From NCBI GenBank assembly GCA_963801355.1, contig CAWDEM010000008.1, positions 2,432,001 to 2,496,000 of the forward strand: a stretch of 64,000 bases of DNA, read 5' to 3'. The DNA comes from Ignavibacteriota bacterium (GTDB taxonomy: Bacteria > Bacteroidota > Ignavibacteria > UBA10030 > UBA6906). The notes below the pieces were generated by a model, which searched no databases, was not told where the DNA came from, and worked only from the letters and a program-made list of their open reading frames with translations. The position numbers and the translations under genes were made by a program. Shown piece after piece: positions 7,910 through 19,612 of the stretch. How positions within the stretch are numbered: the stretch's first letter is position 1; every line of letters starts with the position of its first letter.

Positions 7910-10882
7910 TCAAGGGCGGGCAAGCTCCCGGCGCAGAAATTCAGCTGTTGCAGATTCCGGGGCTTCGGCGATTTCCTCCGGTGATCCTTCCGCAACAATC
8001 CGTCCTCCTGCTGCCCCTCCCCCCGGACCCATGTCAATCACCCAATCGGCCATCTTGATAACGTCGAGGTTATGCTCGATGACAATAACCGTATTGCCCT
8101 TGTCCACAAGGCGGTTCAGAACTCCCAGCAGCATCCGGACATCCTCAAAATGCAGGCCCGTGGTGGGTTCATCCAGAATGTACAAGGTATGTCCTGTGCC
8201 TACCTTGGAAAGCTCTGTCGACAGCTTGATGCGCTGGGCTTCGCCTCCGCTGAGTGTCGTGGCCTGCTGCCCGATACGGATGTACCCGAGGCCGACATCG
8301 AAAAGAGTCCGGAGCTTACGCTGTATGGAAGGGATATCCTGGAAGAACGGAAGCGCCTCGGCCACGGTCATTTCCAGCACATCCGCAATCGACTTGCCCT
8401 TAAAGACAACCTGCAAGGTTTCCCGGTTGTAACGGCGCCCCTTGCATACATCGCATTGAACATACACGTCGGGCAGGAAGTTCATTTCAATCCTGCGTAC
8501 GCCGTCGCCTTCACAGCGATCGCACCGCCCACCCTTCACATTGAAACTGAACCTCCCCGGCTTGTAGCCGCGGATTTTGGCTTCCGGCAACTGCGCAAAG
8601 AGATCGCGGACAGGGGCAAAGAGGCCCGTGTAGGTGGCCGGGTTCGAACGTGGTGTGCGCCCGATGGGGGACTGATCGATGTCGATCACTTTGTCAATCT
8701 CTTCAATGCCGCGCACCTTCGTATAGGGAAGCGGAACTGCCTTCGCCCTGTAGTACTTCCGCGCGAGGAGACGGTACAGCGTCTCATCGATGAGCGAAGA
8801 CTTGCCGGACCCGCTGACACCTGTGACTGCAATAAATACCCCTAACGGGATGCGGGCAGTTACCTGACGGAGATTGTTGCCTGATGCGCCCTCGAGGATA
8901 ATTGCCTTGCCATTCCCCGTCCTGCGCTCCCCCGGGAGCGCGATCCGCTTCCGCCCCTGAAGGTAGTGTGCGGTGTACGATATGGGTTCGAATCCCTGAT
9001 CGTGTACCCGGAGCGCATCGTTTCTCAACGCAAGGCCGCCGGGAGGGCCGGCCGTCACCAATGCTCCGCCGTGTTCACCCGCACCAGGCCCGAGGTCAAT
9101 AACATAGTCCGCGCTCTCGATCATCTCGCGGTCATGCTCCACGACAATCAGCGTATTCCCCAGGTCACGAAGGTACTTGAGCGATTCGATGAGCTTGCGA
9201 TTGTCACGCTGGTGCAGGCCAATGCTTGGTTCATCCAGGATATATAGCACCCCGACAAGTTGGGAGCCGATCTGGGTCGCAAGCCTGATCCGTTGTCCTT
9301 CTCCACCGGACAGCGTACGCGCCGAGCGATCCAGCGTCAGGTACTCCAGTCCGACATTGACGAGAAATTGCAGCCGTTCCCCAATTTCCTTGATCACCGG
9401 CCGGGCAATGGTCGTCAGACGTTCATTCAACTTGAGAGACCGGAACAGAGTAAGCGCGTCGTTGATCGGCAGGTGGACGATGTCGCTGATCGCATGAAGC
9501 TTCCCGGTGGCCTCATCGCGCAGCTTGACTGCAAGGTTCTCGCGCTTCAGCCGCCCGCCCTTGCACTCCCCGCAGGCAGTGGTATTCATGTAAGCCTCGA
9601 CCCACTCCCTGATGGTGTTGGACGAGGTCTCGGCATAGTAGTGTTTAAGGGTCTCGAGAATGCCGCCGAAGCGGTGCGTGTAGGTCACCGTGCGACCGCT
9701 GGAGTAGGTGTACTCGACGGCGAATCGTTCCTCCGCGCTGCCATAGAGGAGCACTTCGCGGGCTCTCTTCGACATCTTCCTGATCGGGAGATCAAAATCG
9801 AATCCGTACTTCTTCCCCACGGCGCGAATCTGATTGAAAAGCCACGTTTGTCTGGGCTTTCCCAGAGGAGCAAGGCCTTCCTGATTGATCGACCGGGAGT
9901 CATCCGGAATGATCAAATTGACATCCAGCTCCTTCACTTCGCCCAGGCCGTTGCACGCGGGACATGCGCCATACGGCGAATTGAACGAGAAGGCATTGGG
10001 TGCGGGCTCTTCGTAGCTGATATCGCAGACCGGACACGCGAGAAGACGGCTGAACATCGTTTCAGTGGGGACTCCTGCGGGGGCCGCAGCGGACCGCCGT
10101 TTCTTTCTGGTTGCAGCCGCCGCAGGCAGATCCGGGTTTTCCGGTTCCGGGCTCATGATCATCACCCCGTTGCCGAAGCGGAGTGCAACTTCGACGGAAT
10201 CCGCAATCCTGCTCCGCGCTTCGCTTCGCACCACGAGCCGGTCAACCACGATTTCGATGTCGTGTACCTTGTAACGGTCCGCCTGCAGCCCCTTGGCCAA
10301 TTCATGAACCACGCCGTCAATGCGGACCCGGATGAAGCCGTCACGGCTGATTTCCTCCAGCAGCTCGCGGTAGTGCCCTTTCCGCCCGCGCACGACCGGT
10401 GCAAGAATCAGCACCCGTGTGCCACCGGGGAGCTTCATGATACTGTCGATAATCTGGTCCGTACTTTGCTTCTGCACCGGTCCGCCGCATTTCCAGCAGT
10501 ACTGGGTGCCCGCACGGGCAAAGAGGAGGCGGAGATAATCGTAGATCTCCGTTACGGTGCCGACCGTGGATCGCGGGTTATGGCTGACGGTCTTTTGTTC
10601 GATGGAAATCGCCGGACTGAGCCCTTCGATGTAGTCCACATCGGGCCGTTCCATGACATCCAGGAACTGCCTGGCGTAGGCGGAGAGGCTGTCGACGAAG
10701 CGTCGCTGGCCTTCGGCGTAAATGGTATCAAAAGCGAGGCTGGATTTGCCGGAGCCCGACAGTCCGGTGATCACGACCAGGCGGTCGCGGGGGATATCGA
10801 CATCAATCCCCTTGAGATTGTGTTCCCGGGCGCCGCGGATGACAATCTGCTCTAGAGCATCGGTTCCGGGCTCGTGTGACAT
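7910..10882 (-). CDS. uvrA: Excinuclease ABC subunit A (start 10882 or 10903)
   Basis: GAREHNLK, GLSGSGKSS, LSGGEGQRIRLA, GVSGSGKSS and zinc fingers. Confidence 0.98.
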   Translation of the reverse strand: MSHEPGTDALEQIVIRGAREHNLKGIDVDIPRDRLVVITGLSGSGKSSLAFDTIYAEGQRRFVDSLSAYARQFLDVMERPDVDYIEGLSPAISIEQKTVSHNPRSTVGTVTEIYDYLRLLFARAGTQYCWKCGGPVQKQSTDQIIDSIMKLPGGTRVLILAPVVRGRKGHYRELLEEISRDGFIRVRIDGVVHELAKGLQADRYKVHDIEIVVDRLVVRSEARSRIADSVEVALRFGNGVMIMSPEPENPDLPAAAATRKKRRSAAAPAGVPTETMFSRLLACPVCDISYEEPAPNAFSFNSPYGACPACNGLGEVKELDVNLIIPDDSRSINQEGLAPLGKPRQTWLFNQIRAVGKKYGFDFDLPIRKMSKRAREVLLYGSAEERFAVEYTYSSGRTVTYTHRFGGILETLKHYYAETSSNTIREWVEAYMNTTACGECKGGRLKRENLAVKLRDEATGKLHAISDIVHLPINDALTLFRSLKLNERLTTIARPVIKEIGERLQFLVNVGLEYLTLDRSARTLSGGEGQRIRLATQIGSQLVGVLYILDEPSIGLHQRDNRKLIESLKYLRDLGNTLIVVEHDREMIESADYVIDLGPGAGEHGGALVTAGPPGGLALRNDALRVHDQGFEPISYTAHYLQGRKRIALPGERRTGNGKAIILEGASGNNLRQVTARIPLGVFIAVTGVSGSGKSSLIDETLYRLLARKYYRAKAVPLPYTKVRGIEEIDKVIDIDQSPIGRTPRSNPATYTGLFAPVRDLFAQLPEAKIRGYKPGRFSFNVKGGRCDRCEGDGVRRIEMNFLPDVYVQCDVCKGRRYNRETLQVVFKGKSIADVLEMTVAEALPFFQDIPSIQRKLRTLFDVGLGYIRIGQQATTLSGGEAQRIKLSTELSKVGTGHTLYILDEPTTGLHFEDVRMLLGVLNRLVDKGNTVIVIEHNLDVIKMADWVIDMGPGGGAAGGRIVAEGSPEEIAEAPESATAEFLRRELARP

Positions 10883-10915
10883 GGGCTGCGAATTCTTGAC
10901 CATTGGAGAAGAAAG

Positions 10916-10944
10916 AATGTACCACAATGGGGATCGAATTTCAA
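10916..10944 (-). promoter_or_regulatory. Putative sigma70-type promoter of uvrA
   Basis: Minus strand TTGAAA-N17-TACATT, with TG just upstream of the -10 box. Confidence 0.55.
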
Positions 10945-10953
10945 CCCGCTGGA

Positions 10954-11853
10954 TTAATGCACCCGCTCGCGTTTGCTGAGGTATTCGATGAGGGCGACGT
11001 CAAATGGAGTGCGGGTGTCGAGGAGGACGTAGTCGATGTGATGCTCCCGGCATTCCCGCTTGTACCGCTCGATGAAGCCGCGGAACGCTTCACGGTAGCC
11101 GGTGCGGATATGCCACGGTTGGGTGGCAAGCATCTCCGCCGTCTCAAGATCGCGGAATGTGGCATCGTGGTCGAACGCGAAGCTCCGTTCCAGAGGATCC
11201 AGCACATGCATGACGATCACTTCGTTCTTCTTATGACGGAAATGCTTGAGGGCCGCGATCACCTGATCGGGATCATCCAGTAAATCACTCAGGATGATCA
11301 CCAGTCCCCTCCGCCGTATGTGTTCCGCCACGAGGTGCAGCGATCGCCCGGCCGCCGTCCCCTTTCCCCCGGTGATCTGCTGCAATGTCAGCAACAATTG
11401 CTTGAGATACGGTCTGGTCGCATGCGGCGGGAGGAACGATGTGATAGATTCGTCAAATGTGGCCAGGCCCACCGCGTCCTGCTGCTTCACCATCATGTAG
11501 GCAAGGGATGCGGCGAGATACGAGGCATATTCAAGTTTCGGCATCTGGCCGGCGGACGCGTACGTCATGGACTTGCTGGTATCCAGGATCAGGTACGCTT
11601 TGAGGTTGGTTTCTTCTTCGTACTGCTTTATGTAGAACCGGTCGGTCCGGCCGTAGATCTTCCAGTCCACGTGCCGGATTTCATCGCCGGGCAGGTAGGG
11701 ACGATGTTCTGCGAACTCCACGCTGAACCCGTGATACGGGCTGCGGTGCAGTCCCGCAATGAAGCCTTCCACCACGAGACGGGCGCGGAGCTCCATGTTC
11801 GCCAGGGTCGAAACAACCTGCGGCAACAGGTATTTCCTGTAGTCATCCTGCAT
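10954..11853 (-). CDS. DUF58 domain protein (MoxR/VWA-associated family)
   Basis: GLHRSPYHGFSVEFAEHRPYLPGDEIRHVDWK, LDTSKSM and ILSDL motifs. Confidence 0.92.
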   Translation of the reverse strand: MQDDYRKYLLPQVVSTLANMELRARLVVEGFIAGLHRSPYHGFSVEFAEHRPYLPGDEIRHVDWKIYGRTDRFYIKQYEEETNLKAYLILDTSKSMTYASAGQMPKLEYASYLAASLAYMMVKQQDAVGLATFDESITSFLPPHATRPYLKQLLLTLQQITGGKGTAAGRSLHLVAEHIRRRGLVIILSDLLDDPDQVIAALKHFRHKKNEVIVMHVLDPLERSFAFDHDATFRDLETAEMLATQPWHIRTGYREAFRGFIERYKRECREHHIDYVLLDTRTPFDVALIEYLSKRERVH

Positions 11854-11899
11854 GACGTGCTCTTACCGTCGATTTCCTGTACACGGAAACGCCGGTGCG

Positions 11900-12448
11900 C
11901 TAATGAGGCTTCGTCGCGACCTGCGGTTTCGCCGGAGCCGGGGGGAGAAGCTCTTCTGGCTTCTTTCCCAGCGTATTCAACTCGTATTGTGCCGAGCTCG
12001 CCAGTTCGGCATCGGGAAAACGTTCCAGAAAGCGCTGGTATGCGGCCTTCGCGCTGTCCAGCATGTTCAGGTTGTTGTTGTAGATATACCCGATCATGAA
12101 CATTGCCGTCTGTGCCTTCGGCGTGGAAGGGAATGCCGCCACGTACCGGCGGAATGCATCAACCGCTTTCTCCGGATTGTCCATCACACCGGCCTGCAAT
12201 TCTGCAACCTTGAACAATGCCTGTTCCGCTTCGGGCGATCCGGGGTGTTCCCCGAAGACCTTCTCGTATTCGGAGATCACCGGCGCAAACTCCCCATGCA
12301 CGTCGGCCTTCGTGCCAAGGCTGTCGATCACATGTTGGGCGCGCTGCTGGGCTTCCTGTGCCTGCTGCAACAGCTCCGGCGCAGTTTTCGTGCTACACCC
12401 GATGCACGTCAGGAGCGTGACGGTGAGAAGAACGACCGGATACTTCAT
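11900..12448 (-). CDS. TPR-repeat lipoprotein (BamD/CpoB-like repeats)
   Basis: Lipobox-like CIGC; repeated FPxxxxAxxAxF/Y TPR pattern. Confidence 0.75.
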   Translation of the reverse strand: MKYPVVLLTVTLLTCIGCSTKTAPELLQQAQEAQQRAQHVIDSLGTKADVHGEFAPVISEYEKVFGEHPGSPEAEQALFKVAELQAGVMDNPEKAVDAFRRYVAAFPSTPKAQTAMFMIGYIYNNNLNMLDSAKAAYQRFLERFPDAELASSAQYELNTLGKKPEELLPPAPAKPQVATKPH

Positions 12449-12535
12449 GGATCACCTCAATTGAGAATGGCAGGTTGCTGAAATTTCACGTCTCTGGTAA
12501 CCTAGGAAAAGTCACACTGAACTGCAACGACACGT

Positions 12536-13888
12536 TCACACACGGCCTTCATCTCTCACCATCACCGCGGCAAAAAAGCCATCTGTGCCGTTACGGTGTG
12601 GATAGAGCTGGAGATAGGGTGACGATCGATCAGCGGTAATTCCCCAGCGCGTCAGGATCTCCGCGGAAGACTGAAGCGAAAATTCCGGGTGTCCGGCGAG
12701 AAACCGCGACACGACATCTTCGTTCTCCTTCCGGAGCAGCGTGCATGTGGAGTACACGAGCCTTCCTCCCGGCATTACCAGAGCTGCCCCTGCATCCAGC
12801 AGTTCCCCCTGCTGCGCGTTGAGTTGTGCCGAACGTTCTTCTGTGTAGGTGGTTTTGAGCGACGGATTGCGTCTGACCGTGCCGATCGCCGAACAGGGAG
12901 CATCGACCAGCACGCCGTGCGCTTTCCCCCGCAGCCGGGCAATGGCGGCCCCGTCGCGTCGTGCCGACAGGACCATCTGCACTTTCGCCCCGGCACGCTC
13001 AGCGCGTTCCACGAGGTGACGGAGCTTGCGGTCATCAATATCAATTGCGACCAGCCTGCCCCGGTTCTCCATGAGCGCGGCGAGATGGAGGGTCTTTCCT
13101 CCGCCCCCTGCACATGCGTCAACCACAGTCATCCCGGGCTGAGGATGCAGCAGCAACGACAGGAGCTGGCTCCCTTCATCCTGCATTTCAAACATCCCTT
13201 CGCGGTATGGCCGGAGGTTCTCCAGTGTGAGGCGTTTCGACAGCACCAGCGCGAATGGCGAACAGGTGCCCTTGACGGTATCCACGCCGGCTGCGGTCAG
13301 GAGTTGCCGGCACTGATCGACAGTCCCCTTGAGCGTGTTCACGCGGATGGCCAGCGGCGCCTGCGTGTTCAACGACGCTGCCAGCGCCTCCGCTTCTTCA
13401 GCCCCCATCCGCTCAATCCATTCACGGATGATGCTATCGGGAAAAGAATGGACCGTGGCGATGCGGGTAAGGGGTGAGTCAAGCAGCTCGGCGGGGATCC
13501 GGGAGGTCAACAGCATCGCAGGGAATTCGGGCGGCAATTTGCCGGCAAGCGAAGAAGAAATGTACTCCGCAAGCGCAGCGGATATCTCAGCAGCGCCGGC
13601 GTGCTCCACGTGCATCTCATGTGCGGCCACCAGCAAAGAGCACGACTCCGGGAGGGTGAGGTTGACGGGATCCGTCAACGTGCGGCACGCGGCCCGGACA
13701 AGCTGATCCAGGAGGCGGCTGTGCCGGAGAGAGCCGTATACCATACGCGCGATCTCGCGGCGGTCACGGGCACCAAGGTACCGGCGCTCACGGAAAAAGT
13801 CCGCCATCACACCGTCAGCCGGCCGATGACCTCCGTGGATACGGCTCAGCGCCTCGGCTGCATGACCCAGAAGAGAGGATGGTTTCAC
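12536..13888 (-). CDS. RsmB/NOP family RNA m5C methyltransferase
   Basis: QDEGSQ, DACAGGGGKT, LVDAPCS and YSTCT motifs. Confidence 0.92.
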   Translation of the reverse strand: MKPSSLLGHAAEALSRIHGGHRPADGVMADFFRERRYLGARDRREIARMVYGSLRHSRLLDQLVRAACRTLTDPVNLTLPESCSLLVAAHEMHVEHAGAAEISAALAEYISSSLAGKLPPEFPAMLLTSRIPAELLDSPLTRIATVHSFPDSIIREWIERMGAEEAEALAASLNTQAPLAIRVNTLKGTVDQCRQLLTAAGVDTVKGTCSPFALVLSKRLTLENLRPYREGMFEMQDEGSQLLSLLLHPQPGMTVVDACAGGGGKTLHLAALMENRGRLVAIDIDDRKLRHLVERAERAGAKVQMVLSARRDGAAIARLRGKAHGVLVDAPCSAIGTVRRNPSLKTTYTEERSAQLNAQQGELLDAGAALVMPGGRLVYSTCTLLRKENEDVVSRFLAGHPEFSLQSSAEILTRWGITADRSSPYLQLYPHRNGTDGFFAAVMVRDEGRV

Positions 13889-14814
13889 GCTTCAACGACG
13901 GGCAATCGCATTGAGGAGACCTGGTAGGCACGGGCCATGCGGGGCGTGTTGAACGCTATACCGACTTCACCACGGGGATTCAGTGCGATGATGCCCCCGT
14001 ACCCCCGGGTCTTTTTTTCGAGAATTCTGAGGGCATCCTGTACGGCTTCCGTGGGAGTCATGCGCTTCAGCTCCATCAGATCCACGACTGTCTTGGCCAT
14101 GACCACTTTGATCATCGCTTCGCCCCAGCCGGATGTGGACACCGCGCCGATGTTGTTGTCGGCATAGGTACCACATCCGATGAGCGGCGAATCGCCCACC
14201 CTGCCGGGAAACTTGTTGGGAATGCCGCCGGTAGACGTGCCGGCAGCAACGGCACCTTTGATGTCCAATGCGACGGCACCGACCGTCCCGGATGGCTGGC
14301 GTTTCTTGCGGAAGGCATCCTTTGTAGTGAATTCTCCATCGGACTGCAATGTGCGCCAGCGGTCAAGCTCACGGGATGTGATCAGGTCATCCTGGCTGCA
14401 GGTCGGGATCCTGTGTTCACGTGCAAAGCGGGTCGCCCCCAGACCAACGAGCAGAACATGCTCGCTCTTTTCCATGATCGCCCGGGCCAGTGTGATCGGG
14501 TGGGGAATATTCTGCACCGCCGCCACCGCGCCGGCCTGGAAGCCAACACCACTCATGATGCTCGCATCCAACTCCACTTCGCCGGCGGCATTAATGAACG
14601 AACCGCGCCCCGCATCGAACGTCTCATCCTCCTCCATGACCACGATTGCCTGTTCGACGGCATCAACCGCGGAGCCGTTCTTTCGCAGCACCTCCCACCC
14701 GGCTCTGATCGCCGCCCGGAGCCCCCGTTTGTGGGGCTCAACGAGCTCATCGGGAATGTCCCACGCCCCGCCATGGAGCACGAGCGCAAGATGTTGTCTG
14801 TCCGGGGTCTTCAT
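13885..14814 (-). CDS. iaaA: Isoaspartyl peptidase / L-asparaginase (Ntn hydrolase)
   Basis: HGGAW, GTVGAVALD, TSTGG and GRVGDSP motifs. Confidence 0.93.
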   Translation of the reverse strand: MKTPDRQHLALVLHGGAWDIPDELVEPHKRGLRAAIRAGWEVLRKNGSAVDAVEQAIVVMEEDETFDAGRGSFINAAGEVELDASIMSGVGFQAGAVAAVQNIPHPITLARAIMEKSEHVLLVGLGATRFAREHRIPTCSQDDLITSRELDRWRTLQSDGEFTTKDAFRKKRQPSGTVGAVALDIKGAVAAGTSTGGIPNKFPGRVGDSPLIGCGTYADNNIGAVSTSGWGEAMIKVVMAKTVVDLMELKRMTPTEAVQDALRILEKKTRGYGGIIALNPRGEVGIAFNTPRMARAYQVSSMRLPVVEA

Positions 14815-14893
14815 AAAGTCGTTTGAAGATACAAATACCCCGCATCGGATTCAAGGAATCGAATCTTCGCTACAGCCGGCGGCGGGAACGCGG

Positions 14894-17515
14894 TTACTTC
14901 CGTTGGAACGATATCACTCCCTCCTGGCCGAGGCCGACCACCACAGTATCTCCCTCTGCGAAGGCCCCTTTGAGGATCTGTTCCGACAGTGGATTGATCA
15001 CATGTTTCTGGATCATGCGCTTGAGGGGACGCGCACCGAACATCGGATCGTACCCCAACTTTGCGAGCCAGTCCTGCGCCTCATCCGTCACCACGAGATG
15101 CAGACCCTTCTTTTCCATGAGATTATTGACACGATCCATCTGCAGACGCACGATCGAACGGATATCCTCCCGGCGCAGCGGGCGGAAGATGATGATCTCG
15201 TCGATCCTGTTCAGGAATTCCGGCCTGATCGTCTGTTTGAGGAGCTGCAGCAGCTCGCTCTTCAGGTCCGCAAAGACATCGTCCCATTGCTCGTTCGATC
15301 CGAAATCTGCCGCAACCCGTTCGCTGATCAGCTGGGAGCCCAAATTGCTGGTCATGATGATGATCGTGTTCTTGAAGTCGACCGTCTTCCCTTTGCTGTC
15401 GGTCAACCGTCCCTCATCCAGCACCTGGAGCAGCACATTGAAGACTTCCGGATGTGCTTTTTCGATTTCATCAAGGAGCACGACGGCATAGGGTTTGCGT
15501 CTGACCGCTTCGGTGAGCTGGCCTCCTTCGTCGTAGCCGACATAGCCGGGAGGCGCACCGATAAGGCGGGACACGGAGAATTTTTCCATGTACTCGCTCA
15601 TGTCGATACGCACCATGGCGTTCTCGTCGTTGAAAAGAAACTCCGCCAGGGCTCGCGCCAGCTCGGTTTTTCCGACGCCGGTACTGCCGAGGAAAATGAA
15701 CGAGCCGATGGGCCGCTTGGCATCCTGGAGGCCGGCGCGCGAGCGCCTGATGGCGTTGCTCACCCCGGTCACCGCTTCATCCTGCCCTATCACACGCTGA
15801 TGGAGGCGCTCCTCAAGGTGCAGCAGCTTCTGACGGTCGCTCTCCAGCATCCGCGTGACAGGTATGCCCGTCCACCGGGCGACGATCTCCGCGATGTCCT
15901 CGGCATCCACCTCCTCTTTCAGCATCTTCTGGTCCTTCTGGATCTCTTGAAGCTTCGTCGACGCCTCCTTGATCTTCCGCTCGAGGCCGGTCAACACACC
16001 ATACCGGAGTTCCGCCACACGGCCCAGGTCCCCTTCGCGCTCCTTCTGTTCCGCCTCCTGCTTGGCCGCGTCCATTTCTTCTTTCATTTTGCGGATGGAG
16101 AGGATCAGATCCTTTTCGAGCTGCCAGTGTGCGCGGAGGCCTGACCGGAGTTGTTGCTGCTCCGCGATTTCCTGCTCGATGACCTCGAGGCGTTCGCGCG
16201 ATGCATCATCATGTTCACGCCGGATGGCTTCCCGCTCGATCTCCAGCTGCTTGATCCGCCGTTCGACGTCGTCCAGCTCTTCAGGCATCGAATCGATCTC
16301 GATGCGCAGCTTCGCCGCAGCTTCGTCTACCAGGTCGATCGCCTTGTCAGGCAGAAAGCGGTCCGCGATGTATCTGTGACTGAGCTGGGCCGCTGCCACC
16401 AGCGCCCCGTCAGTGATCCGCACGCCGTGGTGTACTTCGTACCGCTCCTTCAGTCCCCGGAGTATGGACACCGTGTCTTCGACGCTCGGCTCGTCGATCA
16501 AGACCGGCTGGAACCGGCGTTCCAGCGCCGCGTCCTTCTCGATGTACTTGCGGTATTCATCGATGGTGGTGGCGCCGATGGCCCGGAGCGCACCCTTCGC
16601 GAGAGCCGGTTTGAGCATGTTGGCTGCGTCCACGGCACCCTGTGCCGCGCCGGCACCGACAAGCGTGTGCAGTTCGTCAATGAACAGAATGATCTCGCCC
16701 TGCGATTCCTCAACTTCCTTCAGCAACGCTTTGAGCCGCTCTTCGAACTGCCCACGGAAGCTGGTTCCTGCAATGAGCGATCCCATATCAAGAGCGACGA
16801 TCCGCCGGTTCTTCAGGGATTCCGGCACATCGCCCTTGACAATCCGGTTTGCGATCCCTTCCGCAATCGCGGTTTTGCCGACACCGGGTTCACCGATGAG
16901 GACCGGGTTGTTTTTTGTCCGGCGGGAAAGGACCTGGAGGACGCGCCGGATCTCTTCGTCGCGGCCGATGACCGGATCCATCTTGCCCTTGCGGGCGAGT
17001 TCGTTCAGGTCACGCCCGTAGCGCTGTAGTGCCTGATATTTGTCTTCTGGATTCTGATCGGTCACCCGCTGTGAGCCACGGATCTCTTTGAGCACTTGAA
17101 GAACCGCCTCTTTTGTCACTCCCTGGTCCTGCAGTAACCTGCCTGCCGGTGATTCGGGATTCGTCACAAGGCCGAGGAGCAGATGCTCCGTGCTGACATA
17201 CTCGTCTTTCAGATCCTGGGCTTCCTTAAGGGCGCGTTCAAACACACGGCCCAGTGTAGAGGACATGCCCTGCTGGCCCAGTGATCCGCCGCTCACCTTG
17301 GGGAGACGGTCAATGAGTTCGTTGAGCTTGATCTTGATATAGCTCAGGTTCGCACCTGCCTTCTGCACGATGGGCGGAACCGTGCCGCCCGCATCCTGGA
17401 CGAGTGCGGCAAGAAGGTGCTCGGGTTCAATGGCCTGGTTCGCGTAACTGGAAGCGATCTCCTGTGCATTTTGCACCGCTTCCTGGGATTTAATGGTGAA
17501 TTTGTTGAAGTTCAT
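14894..17515 (-). CDS. clpB: ATP-dependent chaperone ClpB
   Basis: Two AAA modules ([16 protein letters not shown]) and a coiled-coil middle domain; 873 aa. Confidence 0.98.
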   Translation of the reverse strand: MNFNKFTIKSQEAVQNAQEIASSYANQAIEPEHLLAALVQDAGGTVPPIVQKAGANLSYIKIKLNELIDRLPKVSGGSLGQQGMSSTLGRVFERALKEAQDLKDEYVSTEHLLLGLVTNPESPAGRLLQDQGVTKEAVLQVLKEIRGSQRVTDQNPEDKYQALQRYGRDLNELARKGKMDPVIGRDEEIRRVLQVLSRRTKNNPVLIGEPGVGKTAIAEGIANRIVKGDVPESLKNRRIVALDMGSLIAGTSFRGQFEERLKALLKEVEESQGEIILFIDELHTLVGAGAAQGAVDAANMLKPALAKGALRAIGATTIDEYRKYIEKDAALERRFQPVLIDEPSVEDTVSILRGLKERYEVHHGVRITDGALVAAAQLSHRYIADRFLPDKAIDLVDEAAAKLRIEIDSMPEELDDVERRIKQLEIEREAIRREHDDASRERLEVIEQEIAEQQQLRSGLRAHWQLEKDLILSIRKMKEEMDAAKQEAEQKEREGDLGRVAELRYGVLTGLERKIKEASTKLQEIQKDQKMLKEEVDAEDIAEIVARWTGIPVTRMLESDRQKLLHLEERLHQRVIGQDEAVTGVSNAIRRSRAGLQDAKRPIGSFIFLGSTGVGKTELARALAEFLFNDENAMVRIDMSEYMEKFSVSRLIGAPPGYVGYDEGGQLTEAVRRKPYAVVLLDEIEKAHPEVFNVLLQVLDEGRLTDSKGKTVDFKNTIIIMTSNLGSQLISERVAADFGSNEQWDDVFADLKSELLQLLKQTIRPEFLNRIDEIIIFRPLRREDIRSIVRLQMDRVNNLMEKKGLHLVVTDEAQDWLAKLGYDPMFGARPLKRMIQKHVINPLSEQILKGAFAEGDTVVVGLGQEGVISFQRK

Positions 17516-17540
17516 ATTCTTTCTCTCTTTCCATCAGTGT

Positions 17541-17571
17541 GCAAAAGGCGAGGTATCACCTCGCCTTTTGC
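17541..17571 (-). terminator. Rho-independent terminator/attenuating hairpin between dnaK and clpB
   Basis: Perfect 14-bp inverted repeat gcaaaaggcgaggt-atc-acctcgccttttgc. Confidence 0.75.
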
Positions 17572-17624
17572 CGGTCCCACGACGCATGCCATGCCGGCCT
17601 GCGGTTCACGGACGGTTCTCCTGA

Positions 17625-19547
17625 TTACTTCTTGTCGTCCATGACCTCGAAGTCCGCGTCCTCAACCTTCTTGTCATCCCCCTTCGGAGGTGCGCCGCCC
17701 GCCTGCTCTTGCTGCTGGCCTGCCTGTTGCTGCCCGCCTGCAGCGGTTGCCTGCTGATACATCTGCGTGGATGCTTCATTCCACGCCGTGTTCAGGGCTT
17801 CCATTGCAGGCTTGATCGTGGAGGCATTGTTGCTCTTAATGGCCTCCTTGAGGGCGCTGTTTGCACTTTCAATCTTTGAACGTACGTCGCTGGTGATCTT
17901 CTCGCCGAACTCCTTCAGCTGTTTCTCGGTCTGGAATGTCAGGTTGTCCGCCTGGTTCCGGAGTTCAATCTCCTCCTTCTTCTTCCTGTCGTCGGAGGAA
18001 TGTTCCTGGGCCTCCCGCTTCATTTTCTCCACCTCTTCCTTGCTCAAGCCGCTGGAGGATGTGATGCGGATCGATTGCTCTTTGGCGGTCGCCTTATCCT
18101 TCGCCGATACGTGCAGGATGCCGTTTGCGTCGATGTCAAACGTCACCTCAATCTGCGGAATGCCGCGCGGTGCCGGCGGGAGCCCGTCGAGGTGAAATCT
18201 TCCGAGTGTCCGGTTGTCGACAGCCATCGGACGCTCGCCCTGGAGGATGTGAATTTCCACAGATGTCTGGCTGTCCGCCGCCGTAGAAAAGACTTCGCTC
18301 TTTTTTGTCGGAATGGTCGTATTTGCATCGATCAGTTTTGTCATGACATTGCCCAGGGTTTCGATCCCCAGCGACAATGGAGTCACATCGAGCAAAAGCA
18401 CATCGGTGACGTCCCCGGCAAGCACACCACCCTGGATTGCAGCACCCACGGCCACGACCTCGTCGGGGTTGACCCCTTTGTGCGGCTCGCGTCCGAAGAT
18501 CTGGCGCACCACTTCCTGCACTTTGGGAACGCGCGTCATGCCGCCGACCAGAATGACTTCATCGATCTGGCCCGGCTGCAAACCTGCGTCCTTCAACGCG
18601 TGCTCGGTCGGCCCGAGTGTACGCTGGATAAGATCATCCACCAGCTGCTCGAACTTCGTCCGTGTAAGTGTCATGTTCAGGTGTTTCGGTCCGTCCGCCG
18701 TCGCCGTGATAAACGGGAGATTGATCTCTGTCTGCATGAGCGTCGACAGTTCCATCTTGGCCTTTTCCGAGCCTTCCCGCAGACGTTGCAGCGCCATCGG
18801 ATCCTTCCGCAGGTCGATCCCCTCCTGCTTCTTGAACTCATCGGCGACAAAGTCCACGATGCGCTGATCGAAATTGTCACCGCCGAGGTGTGTGTCGCCA
18901 TTCGTTGACTTCACTTCGAACACCCCGTCGCCCAGTTCAAGGATGGAGATATCGAACGTGCCTCCGCCAAGGTCGTAGATCGCAACTTTTGATTCGCGGT
19001 TCTTCTTGTCGAGGCCGTACGCTAGTGCAGCGGCTGTGGGTTCATTGATAATGCGGCGGACGGTCAGGCCGGCGATCTCACCTGCCTCTTTGGTTGCCTG
19101 GCGCTGCGCGTCGTTGAAATACGCAGGCACGGTAATCACCGCCTCTGTGACCTTCTGGCCGAGGTAGTCTTCCGCGGTCTGCTTCATCTTCTGGAGAATC
19201 ATCGCGCTGATTTCCGGCGGCGAATATATCCGGTCCCCGGCTTCCACGCGCGCCGTGTTGTTCTCCCCTTTCACCACCTTATAGGGGACAAGACGCATTT
19301 CTTCGTTCACTTCGTTGTAAAACCTGCCCATGAAGCGCTTGATGGAAAAAACAGTGTTCTGCGAGTTCGTCACGGCCTGACGTTTCGCTGCCTGTCCTAC
19401 AAGCCTTTCCCCGTTCTTGGCGAATGCGACGACTGACGGAGTCGTCCTTCCGCCTTCAGCGTTGGCGATAACCTGGGGATCGCTTCCCTCCATCACAGCA
19501 ACCACTGAATTTGTCGTTCCAAGGTCAATTCCGATAATCTTACCCAT
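17625..19547 (-). CDS. dnaK: Chaperone DnaK
   Basis: [19 protein letters not shown] and DLGGGTFD motifs; acidic C-terminus. Confidence 0.99.
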   Translation of the reverse strand: MGKIIGIDLGTTNSVVAVMEGSDPQVIANAEGGRTTPSVVAFAKNGERLVGQAAKRQAVTNSQNTVFSIKRFMGRFYNEVNEEMRLVPYKVVKGENNTARVEAGDRIYSPPEISAMILQKMKQTAEDYLGQKVTEAVITVPAYFNDAQRQATKEAGEIAGLTVRRIINEPTAAALAYGLDKKNRESKVAIYDLGGGTFDISILELGDGVFEVKSTNGDTHLGGDNFDQRIVDFVADEFKKQEGIDLRKDPMALQRLREGSEKAKMELSTLMQTEINLPFITATADGPKHLNMTLTRTKFEQLVDDLIQRTLGPTEHALKDAGLQPGQIDEVILVGGMTRVPKVQEVVRQIFGREPHKGVNPDEVVAVGAAIQGGVLAGDVTDVLLLDVTPLSLGIETLGNVMTKLIDANTTIPTKKSEVFSTAADSQTSVEIHILQGERPMAVDNRTLGRFHLDGLPPAPRGIPQIEVTFDIDANGILHVSAKDKATAKEQSIRITSSSGLSKEEVEKMKREAQEHSSDDRKKKEEIELRNQADNLTFQTEKQLKEFGEKITSDVRSKIESANSALKEAIKSNNASTIKPAMEALNTAWNEASTQMYQQATAAGGQQQAGQQQEQAGGAPPKGDDKKVEDADFEVMDDKK

Positions 19548-19596
19548 TGAAGTCTCTCCTTTTGAGAAATGTCAAAACGATATACAGACATAGGAA

Positions 19597-19612
19597 TGCA
19601 ACAGCCGTGCCA
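19597..19612 (-). promoter_or_regulatory. Sigma54 (-24/-12) promoter upstream of dnaK
   Basis: Minus strand TGGCACG-GCTG-TTGCA matches the TGGCACG-N4-TTGCW consensus exactly, about 50 nt upstream of the ATG. Confidence 0.8.

Noticed and set aside
9260-10855. 531-aa plus-strand ORF
   Set aside because: Antisense shadow of uvrA, expected in high-GC coding DNA; no recognisable motifs.
14180-17029. 654-aa and 292-aa plus-strand ORFs
   Set aside because: Antisense to iaaA/clpB; shadow ORFs.
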